From a virus (Duplodnaviria; Caudoviricetes): a stretch of 27,451 bases of DNA. Below are positions 1 to 7,365 of the stretch, piece by piece (the first letter of the stretch is position 1; each line of letters starts with the position of its first letter). Both the position numbers and the translations under genes were made by a program. The notes below the pieces were generated by a model, which worked only from the letters and a program-made list of their open reading frames with translations, ran no database searches and was not told the DNA's origin. The DNA lies in the IMG/VR virus record IMGVR_UViG_3300012952_000100, positions 1 to 27,451 of that record; one strand, 5' to 3'.

Positions 1-433
1 AGCAATGCAACCTGAGTTTGAGGATGAGGAAGCAATTGATCCATTCGATTTCTGGCAAGGTGCTAACTTCAAGTTGAAGGCAAAGAACGTTGCTGGTTAT
101 AGAAACTACGACTCTTCTGAGTTTGCTGCTGTAAGTCCTCTCTTGAAGGATAGTGATGATGATGCACTAGAAGCACTCTGGAAGAAAGAGTACTCTCTTG
201 CAGAACTTGTTGCAACAGATCAGTTCAAGTCTTATGATGAACTTAAGACTCGTCTAAGTTATGTTCTTGGTAATAAGAAAGTTACTCAAGATGTAGAAAC
301 TATTGATGAGGATGGTGATAGAGGTGAAGCAGAACAGTTAGTTACTGCTGCTGTTACATCAACACCTACTCCGTCTAGCACGGATGATGATGATGAAGCA
401 CTTTCGTATTTTGCGAAACTCGCTGCTGAATAA
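1..433 (+). CDS. gp32: Single-stranded DNA-binding protein, T4 gp32 family (5' truncated; the frame is open from the window edge)
   Basis: PFDFWQGANFKLK, GYRNYDSSEF and FKSYDELK motifs plus an acidic tail ending DDDDEALSYFAKLA, typical of T4-like gp32. Confidence 0.96.
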   Translation, partial: AMQPEFEDEEAIDPFDFWQGANFKLKAKNVAGYRNYDSSEFAAVSPLLKDSDDDALEALWKKEYSLAELVATDQFKSYDELKTRLSYVLGNKKVTQDVETIDEDGDRGEAEQLVTAAVTSTPTPSSTDDDDEALSYFAKLAAE

Positions 434-436
434 CAC

Positions 437-467
437 AAAAAAGGGGTTCGTTAGAACCCCTTTTTTT
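437..467. terminator. Bidirectional rho-independent terminator between convergent gp32 and gp53
   Basis: AAAAAA-GGGGTTC-gtta-GAACCCC-TTTTTTT: perfect 7-bp stem with an A tract on the left and a T tract on the right; overlaps the gp53 stop at 466-468. Confidence 0.93.
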
Positions 468-1533
468 ATGGCATTGTAATATTAGTATTCTCTGTTTTTA
501 TCATATTATCATTTACATATTCTGAAGAGTCATCATATACCATTATATCTCTAAAATCATTTAAGAATTGCTGTAAATATTCTGGTTTTAATAAAAATAT
601 ACTTCTTTTCTCATCATTTAATCTGGTTTCATATATCCAATTTGATACTCCTGATCTAACATCAGTTCCATATTTTACTACATTATATCCTAGTGTTTCA
701 TCCCAATATTGTATATAAGATTGAGCAACAAACCCAGATCCTTTATCTAGATTTGATATAGTGTCTTTATAAGTACCATCAGTTTTTATTCTAACAGTAA
801 TTGTTCTTTTATTACCATCAGTAGTGGTATATGTTAGTGTATCAAATACTTCTTCTGATGGTGCAGTAATAATTTTTCTATATGTCCATGTTTTACTTGG
901 TAAATTTAATTCCCAATTTCCATAATTTTCTGTCTTTGTATAATAAAGACTTTCACTTTTAGTATCAGTTGAAATTGGTTCTATTATATCACCTTTCACA
1001 AAACCAGATAATTCTCCAGAAGGTTGTTCAAATATAAAAGAGCTATTTTCTATTTCTTCAGTAACTGGCATATCTAATAGTGCTGGTATTGGAGATTTAA
1101 ATGTTTCATCAACAACTTGATCTGCATTTAAAATTAGATGTCCTTTACTATCTTTGATTTCTTTTGTTTCGTAGAAACGAGTATCATTTAGTTTATCTCC
1201 GTATTTATTTGATACATACCCATATAAATCTCTATTTGGTATTGGCCAATCATTTCTAACATTTATTATTCCACTGGTATTATTAGGACCATTTGCAGTC
1301 ATTAAAACAACCCAATCTAATTCATCACTACCATAAAAGTCTTCTGCTACATTTTCGGGACGATATTCATCAGGTATTTCATATTTTGTGAATAATGTAA
1401 AAACATTTTGCAGATCATCTCTTAACTTTGCTCTACGAAATAAATTTTTTACTTCAACATAATCCAAAGAAGAATTTTTGGACGGTAAGAATGATTGATA
1501 TAATAAATTTGGAAGTTCTCTAAAATATCCCAT
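466..1533 (-). CDS. gp53: Baseplate wedge subunit gp53 with an internal insertion of about 120 aa
   Basis: MGYFRELPN start, LysM-like RPENVAEDFYGSDELDWVVL segment, WP motif, and C-terminal YETRLNDEKRSIFLLKPEYL; lies next to gp48 as in T4-like cyanophages. Confidence 0.9.
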   Translation of the reverse strand: MGYFRELPNLLYQSFLPSKNSSLDYVEVKNLFRRAKLRDDLQNVFTLFTKYEIPDEYRPENVAEDFYGSDELDWVVLMTANGPNNTSGIINVRNDWPIPNRDLYGYVSNKYGDKLNDTRFYETKEIKDSKGHLILNADQVVDETFKSPIPALLDMPVTEEIENSSFIFEQPSGELSGFVKGDIIEPISTDTKSESLYYTKTENYGNWELNLPSKTWTYRKIITAPSEEVFDTLTYTTTDGNKRTITVRIKTDGTYKDTISNLDKGSGFVAQSYIQYWDETLGYNVVKYGTDVRSGVSNWIYETRLNDEKRSIFLLKPEYLQQFLNDFRDIMVYDDSSEYVNDNMIKTENTNITMP

Positions 1534-1535
1534 GT

Positions 1536-2777
1536 TTAGTACCCTACTGTGCTATCTGAATCATAACCTCTTTCATCAAAGTAATCATTATCATAAATTG
1601 GTTCAAGTTCTTTAAATGTTAAATCCATAGTCATAGATATTGGTTCTTTATTTTCATAAGTTGCATAAACACCTTCAGCAGTATAATTAACTGATATATC
1701 AGTCAAGAAGCATTGTTTAAATTTATGTAAGAATGGATGATTTCTAAATCCACTCTTATATCTCAATTCAAATACGTTTGGAGTATTTAGAAATAAATTT
1801 GCACCAGAACCAGTTACTTTGGGTGCCATATTCATTTTGAAAGTTCTTATAATTAACTTACATTGTTCTGCTTCCTTTTCACTTCTAGGAGTCATTTTGA
1901 ATGAGAATCTAAAATTTCTTAATGTGGGACCATTAAACAATAGTTCCATATTAGGATTTAATACTTGTCCTTGTTCTCTTGCTAATAATTGATTAACTGT
2001 TACGTTACCACCAAATACACCAACTGCACTTGCTGCTAATTTTTTAGTAATTAATGATTTGGCAGCATCTATATTAACACCAGAACTTTTTAGAGCATTT
2101 GCTACTTCACCTTTACCTGATTGAATTGCTCCAGGAATATCAAGTTCTCCTATTTTCTTTCCACTTTCTTCCATTATACCAGTTATACCACCAACAGCAG
2201 CACCAACCATACTGTTTAATTTATCTTCACCATAAGCAGCAGAATTACCATCTTGAATTTGGGATGGTATTTGTAATAGTACAGTTCCTTGATTAACCAA
2301 AGATTGAGTTGCTGTAAAACCACGAACTGGTGATCTTCCAGCAAGTTTTCTACTACCAACAGAACCGACTATTCCACCAGATTCACTTGCTTTTTTTACT
2401 GGAACGTATTTTGTAATATCAATTTGCAGATAATCAGTGGAGTCCGTCATTGCTTCTAACGGATATCTTAATAAACCACCTCTATCTCTTATATTAGATT
2501 GTTTATGTGCTTCTGTTGAACCACTATCATTTTTACCATAACCAGATGATGTTATATCACCAGTCTTACCTCTAAGATTCTTTTTATCAATTCCACTATC
2601 TATTTGTAATCGTCTATTCTCTTGTGCATCTTTACGAAAAGTTGAAGAGCTTCCATATTGTTTTTTTAAATTCTCCCGTTGTTTTCTACTATCTTCTATT
2701 CTTTTTAATCTTTCTTTTTCTACCGCATTCTTCTTAAAGGAATCTATATCTTTAATGCCTAAATTTCCACCTAACAT
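1536..2777 (-). CDS. gp48: Baseplate tail-tube cap gp48
   Basis: LRYP, NPNMELLFNGPTLRNFRFSFKMTPRSEKEA and FKQCFLTDISVNY...MDLTFKELEPIY motifs. Confidence 0.9.
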   Translation of the reverse strand: MLGGNLGIKDIDSFKKNAVEKERLKRIEDSRKQRENLKKQYGSSSTFRKDAQENRRLQIDSGIDKKNLRGKTGDITSSGYGKNDSGSTEAHKQSNIRDRGGLLRYPLEAMTDSTDYLQIDITKYVPVKKASESGGIVGSVGSRKLAGRSPVRGFTATQSLVNQGTVLLQIPSQIQDGNSAAYGEDKLNSMVGAAVGGITGIMEESGKKIGELDIPGAIQSGKGEVANALKSSGVNIDAAKSLITKKLAASAVGVFGGNVTVNQLLAREQGQVLNPNMELLFNGPTLRNFRFSFKMTPRSEKEAEQCKLIIRTFKMNMAPKVTGSGANLFLNTPNVFELRYKSGFRNHPFLHKFKQCFLTDISVNYTAEGVYATYENKEPISMTMDLTFKELEPIYDNDYFDERGYDSDSTVGY

Positions 2778-2800
2778 TTTATCGACCTTATATATTAATT

Positions 2801-3151
2801 TTAACTATTTAGACGTATTTTTGCATAAGGAATAGAACGTAAAGATTCTATCTCTTCTGAAGTTACTAAATGTAGGTTTCCTACCATTTCTTGCCATGTA
2901 TATTGTCTAACATTTCCCCAATGAAAATTCAATCCTTTGAAACCCCAATTGAAAACATCTGTGACTGCAACTAGAGGAAATTCATCATATCTAATACCAG
3001 CAGTTTTTGGTTGATATACAAAAGTATAATAGTTTCCTGCTTCAGGAGCTCCTTCTGCTTCGGGTAGTGCTTCTAGTATTTCTAACATTAAGTCATCGGG
3101 ACTTTCAACTCCAATTAAATTATTTGATATTTCTGCGATTCTATCTGTCAT
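2801..3151 (-). CDS. gp2: DNA end protector protein gp2 (short cyanophage form)
   Basis: YYTFVYQPKT...YDEFPLV...GFKGLNFH motif; translationally coupled to gp4 (TAATG overlap at 3151). Confidence 0.82.
   Translation of the reverse strand: MTDRIAEISNNLIGVESPDDLMLEILEALPEAEGAPEAGNYYTFVYQPKTAGIRYDEFPLVAVTDVFNWGFKGLNFHWGNVRQYTWQEMVGNLHLVTSEEIESLRSIPYAKIRLNS
2806..2813 (-). promoter_or_regulatory. T4-type late promoter for gp48-gp53
   Basis: Minus-strand TCTAAATA about 30 nt upstream of the gp48 ATG; variant of the gp55 box TATAAATA. Confidence 0.6.
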
Positions 3152-3588
3152 TATTTAATACCTAGTTCGTTCTCTGTTAAGACTTTAAATTCTAATTTAC
3201 GATCCTTACAATATTCTGTTGCTGCTTCCCATTTTGCTTGGTTTTTTGCATATTCACATACCTCACGAATGTATGATTTAGTTTTTCTTTTTTGAACTTT
3301 TGGTTCTATACATTGTTTCTTTGGTTTGATTTCAATTACATATTTTTTAATTTGTCCATTACTTTCTCGTACCTTAATATAGAAGTCTGGAAAGTATCTA
3401 TGAGTACGATTATCTATGGGAGATATATAACGAATGAAAAATTCTTCACTTCCCCACTCTAAAATATTCTGATTACTATCACAATATTTCATAAATTTAA
3501 GTTCCCATAAAGAACGATATATTATATTGGTATAATCACCTCTATACTTCTTAGGAATGCTTGGTCTGAATTTTCCTTTATAAGCCAT
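3151..3588 (-). CDS. gp4: Head completion nuclease gp4 (PD-(D/E)XK, TnsA-N-like fold)
   Basis: YKGKFRP..PKKY.GD...IIYRSLWE, WGSEE, HRYFPDF, IEIKP and NQAKWEAA motifs. Confidence 0.93.
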   Translation of the reverse strand: MAYKGKFRPSIPKKYRGDYTNIIYRSLWELKFMKYCDSNQNILEWGSEEFFIRYISPIDNRTHRYFPDFYIKVRESNGQIKKYVIEIKPKKQCIEPKVQKRKTKSYIREVCEYAKNQAKWEAATEYCKDRKLEFKVLTENELGIK

Positions 3589-3626
3589 CTAAATAGAAAT
3601 AATATAAGACTCGTAAGGTATTTAGA
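3588..3626. promoter_or_regulatory. Pair of face-to-face late promoters in the divergent gp4/gp54 spacer
   Basis: TCTAAATA on + at 3588-3595 and TCTAAATA on - at 3619-3626. Confidence 0.65.
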
Positions 3627-4235
3627 GTGGCAAAGGGTATAGTACAAAGAATCACGATGGATGAGGTCAAGGATAAACTTGGCAAGCTGTCGTTAACAAA
3701 TCAATATCAAGTTCATTTTTCAACTTTGAATAAAACTATAACTGATTATCTTAAAAGATCTGGACTTGATAATACTGATATTTTTCTATCTAGAAATGCA
3801 GGGATACTTTGTTCGGATGCATCATTACCTGCTAGTGCATTTGCAACAGGAGAAGTAAAGGATAATTTTATGGGTGTTCCTCAGGAGTTTGCACATACCC
3901 GTTTATATACTGATATTGATTTTACTTTTTATGTTGATGAAGATTATACCTCTTTAAGTATTTTTGAAGGATGGATGGATTATATTTCTAGTGGTGCAAA
4001 TGTTGATCTTGACGAAAAGGCATTTTATAGAAGATTTAGATATCCAGATGATTATAAAGTTAATACAATGACTATTACTAAGTTTGAAAAGAATATTGAA
4101 AGAACTTTGATGTATGAGTTTAAGAATGCTTTTCCAAAATCTATTACATCTTTACCTGTTACCTATGGAACAGCAGATTTAATGAAGGTTACAGTTACTT
4201 TTAACTATGATAGATATACTGTATCAAGAAGTTAA
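3627..4235 (+). CDS. Tail-tube-fold protein, probably the gp54-like baseplate tail-tube initiator
   Basis: LCSDASLP, FTFYVD, FEGWMDYI and NAFPKSI...VTVTFNYD motifs of the gp19/gp54 family; GTG start; sits just before gp26. Confidence 0.75.
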   Translation: MAKGIVQRITMDEVKDKLGKLSLTNQYQVHFSTLNKTITDYLKRSGLDNTDIFLSRNAGILCSDASLPASAFATGEVKDNFMGVPQEFAHTRLYTDIDFTFYVDEDYTSLSIFEGWMDYISSGANVDLDEKAFYRRFRYPDDYKVNTMTITKFEKNIERTLMYEFKNAFPKSITSLPVTYGTADLMKVTVTFNYDRYTVSRS

Positions 4236-4244
4236 AATTACCCC

Positions 4245-4252
4245 TATAAATA
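4245..4252 (+). promoter_or_regulatory. T4 late promoter (perfect consensus)
   Basis: TATAAATA in the intergenic gap, 24 nt before the gp26 ATG. Confidence 0.85.
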
Positions 4253-4276
4253 AAATTACTGAAGTGTGAAAACATT

Positions 4277-4999
4277 ATGCCATTACCAAAGATTAATACT
4301 CCGACTTATGAGTTAGTTATTCCTTCTACTGGAAAAAAGATTAAATACCGTCCTTTTTTAGTAAGAGAAGAAAAGATACTTATACTTGCATTAGAAACTG
4401 AAGATACTGCACAGATAGCAAATGCTGTGGTTCAGATTTTAAATGAATGTATTATTACAAAAGGAATTGATGTTACTAAACTTGCTACTTTTGATATTGA
4501 ATACTTATTCTTAAATGTTCGTTCAAAGTCAGTTGGTGAAACTGTTGAAGTTAATTTAACTTGTCCTGATGATGATAAAACATCTGTTGAGATGGAAATC
4601 AATATTGATGCTATTAAAGTTCAAAAAACCAGAGGACATAAGAATACGATCAAACTTGATGATCAATATTCTATGAAACTTAAGTATCCATCATTCGATC
4701 AGTTTATTGAAAGTAATTTTGATACTGGTAGTGATAATAGTGAGGTTGATAGGTCATTAAATATGATTACTAATTGTATTGAAATGATTTATGATGAAGA
4801 AGAGAGTTGGGATGCTTCTGATTCAACTAAAAAAGAATTAGAAGATTTTATAGAAGGATTAAATAGTAAGCAATTTAAAACTATTGAAAAGTTCTTTGAG
4901 ACAATGCCTAAACTTTCTCATAAAGTTAAAGTTACAAATCCAACAACTGGAGTTGAATCGGAAGTGGTCTTGGAGGGATTGGCAAGTTTTTTCACCTAA
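4277..4999 (+). CDS. gp26: Baseplate hub assembly protein gp26
   Basis: MPLPKINTPTYEL, YRPFLVREEKIL, FDIEYLFL..RSKSVGE, FFETMPKL and the LEGLASFF end. Confidence 0.92.
   Translation: MPLPKINTPTYELVIPSTGKKIKYRPFLVREEKILILALETEDTAQIANAVVQILNECIITKGIDVTKLATFDIEYLFLNVRSKSVGETVEVNLTCPDDDKTSVEMEINIDAIKVQKTRGHKNTIKLDDQYSMKLKYPSFDQFIESNFDTGSDNSEVDRSLNMITNCIEMIYDEEESWDASDSTKKELEDFIEGLNSKQFKTIEKFFETMPKLSHKVKVTNPTTGVESEVVLEGLASFFT
4972..4993 (+). promoter_or_regulatory. Candidate -1 ribosomal frameshift signal (SD-like GGAGG, 10 nt spacer, slippery T TTT TTC)
   Basis: Heptamer at 4987-4993 is in X XXY YYZ phase with gp26; the -1 frame is open from there into the gp51 ATG. Confidence 0.6.
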
Positions 5000-5001
5000 G
5001 T

Positions 5002-5175
5002 ATGGCTCATACCAGTCTTGAGTCATACTATAAGGTTAACTTTGCCTTGATGCAACACCATAAATACTCATTAACAGAGATAGAAAATATGATGCCTTGG
5101 GAAAAGGAAGTTTATGTGACTTTATTAAAACAGTATATCGACGAAGAGAATCTCAAACAAAGTGCCAACAATTAA
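5002..5175 (+). CDS. gp51: Baseplate hub assembly catalyst gp51-like, 57 aa (missing from the ORF track)
   Basis: Translated by hand: MAHTSLESYYKVNFALMQHHKYSLTEIENMMPWEKEVYVTLLKQYIDEENLKQSANN; LMQHHKYSLTEIENM.PWE is the cyanophage gp51 signature. Confidence 0.88.
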   Translation: MAHTSLESYYKVNFALMQHHKYSLTEIENMMPWEKEVYVTLLKQYIDEENLKQSANN

Positions 5176-6493
5176 ACCAGAAGTAGTACCTTCTAACGTA
5201 AAACTAAATGTCACTAATATGAAAACCATCTTTAATGGTGGTGGAAAGGGTGGTGCGATTGTTCCGAAGAAAGGTGGTGCTCTTGCTCGTAGTGGTGGTG
5301 CTCTTAGTACTGAAAAAATATTTCCTTTAAATGATTTTGATCCTTTGGAGAAAAGGGTTGCTGCGAATGAAAAGAAGATTACTCTTTTGAAGAATGTTTT
5401 AAAGGCACAAAAACCTTTTGGTGGTAATGAAGATAAGTTAGCAGAAATAAATTCTACTCTTCAAGATATTGGTAATGCATTGTCGTTAGATTTTGCTAAT
5501 AGGATTAGTGAACAAGATGGAGAGAATAAGTTACGGAAAAAAGAAAACGAAGAAAGGAAAAAGAATCTTGCTGAGAAAAGTTTAGAAGGAATAAAGGGTG
5601 CAGGTAAGAAAGTAGGTGCAGGTATTAAAGGAGTAGCATCTAAGGTTGTTTCTCCGTTTAAAAATGTTTTTGATAAATTAATTAGTTTTGTCACATTATT
5701 GGGTGCTGGTATTGCTGGTAATGCTGCTATTACTTTTTGGCAGAATTTAGATCCAAAATGGAAAGATAGAATAACTGGTACATTTAATTTTCTAGCAAAA
5801 CATTGGAAATGGATTGCTGCTGGAGTTGGTGTGTTTCTTTTAACAAAAGTTATAAAGAAAGTAAGGCAATTATGGAAAGTAATAAGATTTCTTGGAAAGG
5901 GTATTGTTGGTGCATTTAAAGCAACAAAATCAATATTTAAACATGGTATAAAAAAAGCTGGAAAACGTGCAATAATTAAAGCAGGTGGAAAATCTATATT
6001 TAAGAGTACTTCTAAAAAGGTAGCATCTAAGGTTACTAGTAAGGTAGCAACAAAAACAGCAACTAAGGTTGCGACAAAAGCGACAACAAAAGCAATAGGA
6101 AAAAGTGTTCTTAAAAAGATTCCTTTTATTGGATTAGGTGCAGGATTACTATTTGCTGGACAAAGAGCACTGGCAGGTGATTTTACTGGTGCTGGTTTGG
6201 AGTTAGCATCTGGTGCAGCATCAATGGTACCTGGTGTTGGAACTGGTTTATCAATAGCAATTGATGCAGGAACTGTTGCAAGAGATATTCATCGAGCAAA
6301 AAATGCAAATGAAGTTCCAGATTTGACAGTTGATGAAACAAAGGTAGTGGTAGAAGATTTGCCACCTGTTAAAGTTAAACCACCAGAAAAGAAAGTTCCA
6401 TTACCAGAATCAACAGAAGTTGCTTATATTAGTTCTATTAATCCTTTGAATGAATATATGTCTTTAACACCAGCATTGCACGGGATAGTATAA
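5162..6493 (+). CDS. Tape-measure-like tail/baseplate protein (K/A/G-rich, coiled coil plus hydrophobic helices)
   Basis: Follows gp26/gp51; coiled-coil N-half, amphipathic and hydrophobic segments, KKIPFIGLGAGLLF...PGVGTGLSIAID motif; GTG start overlapping gp51. Confidence 0.6.
   Translation: MPTIKPEVVPSNVKLNVTNMKTIFNGGGKGGAIVPKKGGALARSGGALSTEKIFPLNDFDPLEKRVAANEKKITLLKNVLKAQKPFGGNEDKLAEINSTLQDIGNALSLDFANRISEQDGENKLRKKENEERKKNLAEKSLEGIKGAGKKVGAGIKGVASKVVSPFKNVFDKLISFVTLLGAGIAGNAAITFWQNLDPKWKDRITGTFNFLAKHWKWIAAGVGVFLLTKVIKKVRQLWKVIRFLGKGIVGAFKATKSIFKHGIKKAGKRAIIKAGGKSIFKSTSKKVASKVTSKVATKTATKVATKATTKAIGKSVLKKIPFIGLGAGLLFAGQRALAGDFTGAGLELASGAASMVPGVGTGLSIAIDAGTVARDIHRAKNANEVPDLTVDETKVVVEDLPPVKVKPPEKKVPLPESTEVAYISSINPLNEYMSLTPALHGIV
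6017..6091 (+). repeat. Degenerate 12-nt / 4-aa repeat KVAS-KVTS-KVAT-KTAT-KVAT-KATT
   Basis: Lys every fourth residue, read directly from the translation. Confidence 0.7.
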
Positions 6494-6497
6494 TATT

Positions 6498-7355
6498 ATG
6501 GCAACTGTTAAACTCCAAGATAGGGAAATCAAAAAACTTAAGATAACTGTAACTAATATCAAAAGTGTTTTGCTTGAAAAGAATAAAGAATTGAAGCAAG
6601 TTAAATTGTCTAAAAAACGATTAGCTAATGCTGCCTTGCAATTAGCAAGAAAGGAGGGAAAAGAAAAGAGTGTAGAAGCAGTTAAAAAATCTTCTCCACT
6701 TACTAGTTTTTCTGAAAAGGCTGGTGCTGCAACTGGCAATATAATTGATAAGATACTATCTTTTGGATCTATTATTTTAGGTGGAATTCTTGTTAATGCA
6801 TTACCTGGATTTATTAAAAAATTTAATGAGATATGGGATAGTATTAAACCTTTTATTGATGGTGTTGGTTCTGCTATAAAAAATATTGCTAATTTCTTTG
6901 GAGGTATTACTGAATCGGTAAAGAACTTCTTTGGAATTACAGAGAAAACATCAACGGATGATCTTGCAAAGGCACAGAAAGACTTAGAAGGTGAACTTAA
7001 AGGATTAGAGAAAGAATCTGGTTTTGATGTTGATAGTCTTTCTAAAGAAGCTGGTGGAGAAATTAAACTTGATGATGAAGGTAATTTAATTGAAGGTGAA
7101 GATACTATGAGTGATACTGATATTCCAGCAGAAGAAACTAGTGATACTACTCAAAGTGAATCTGATTCTACCGCAGATATATCTAAGATGATTGATTCTG
7201 TTCCTTCAAAAGGAGGAGGTGTAAAACCAAATCAAGCTCAGTTTAAACGTATAAATAACAATCAGGATTTAGTTAAATTAAATCAAAGAACTTCTACGGG
7301 ACCTAAGACTGTGATTGTGCAGAGACAAGTTGTTGAAGTACCAGTACCAGTATAG
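6498..7355 (+). CDS. Second tape-measure-like protein, paralogous to 5162..6493, with an acidic C-half
   Basis: KITVTNIKSV vs KLNVTNMKTI and NIIDKILSFGSIILGGILVNA vs NVFDKLISFVTLLGAGIAGNA. Confidence 0.55.
   Translation: MATVKLQDREIKKLKITVTNIKSVLLEKNKELKQVKLSKKRLANAALQLARKEGKEKSVEAVKKSSPLTSFSEKAGAATGNIIDKILSFGSIILGGILVNALPGFIKKFNEIWDSIKPFIDGVGSAIKNIANFFGGITESVKNFFGITEKTSTDDLAKAQKDLEGELKGLEKESGFDVDSLSKEAGGEIKLDDEGNLIEGEDTMSDTDIPAEETSDTTQSESDSTADISKMIDSVPSKGGGVKPNQAQFKRINNNQDLVKLNQRTSTGPKTVIVQRQVVEVPVPV
7250..7257 (+). promoter_or_regulatory. Possible internal late promoter for the hub gene
   Basis: Perfect TATAAATA inside the CDS, about 110 nt upstream of 7366; could be chance in AT-rich DNA. 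Confidence 0.4.
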
Positions 7356-7365
7356 GAGGATATAA

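Noticed and set aside
718-1086. gp53 insertion as an intein or intron
   Set aside because: The frame is uninterrupted, and I see no C/S...HN-C/S/T splice motifs or LAGLIDADG/HNH signature.
3151-3588. gp4 as a TnsA transposase or homing endonuclease
   Set aside because: The fold is shared, but the motifs and the gp2 context match the core head-completion gene; no terminal repeats or other transposition genes.
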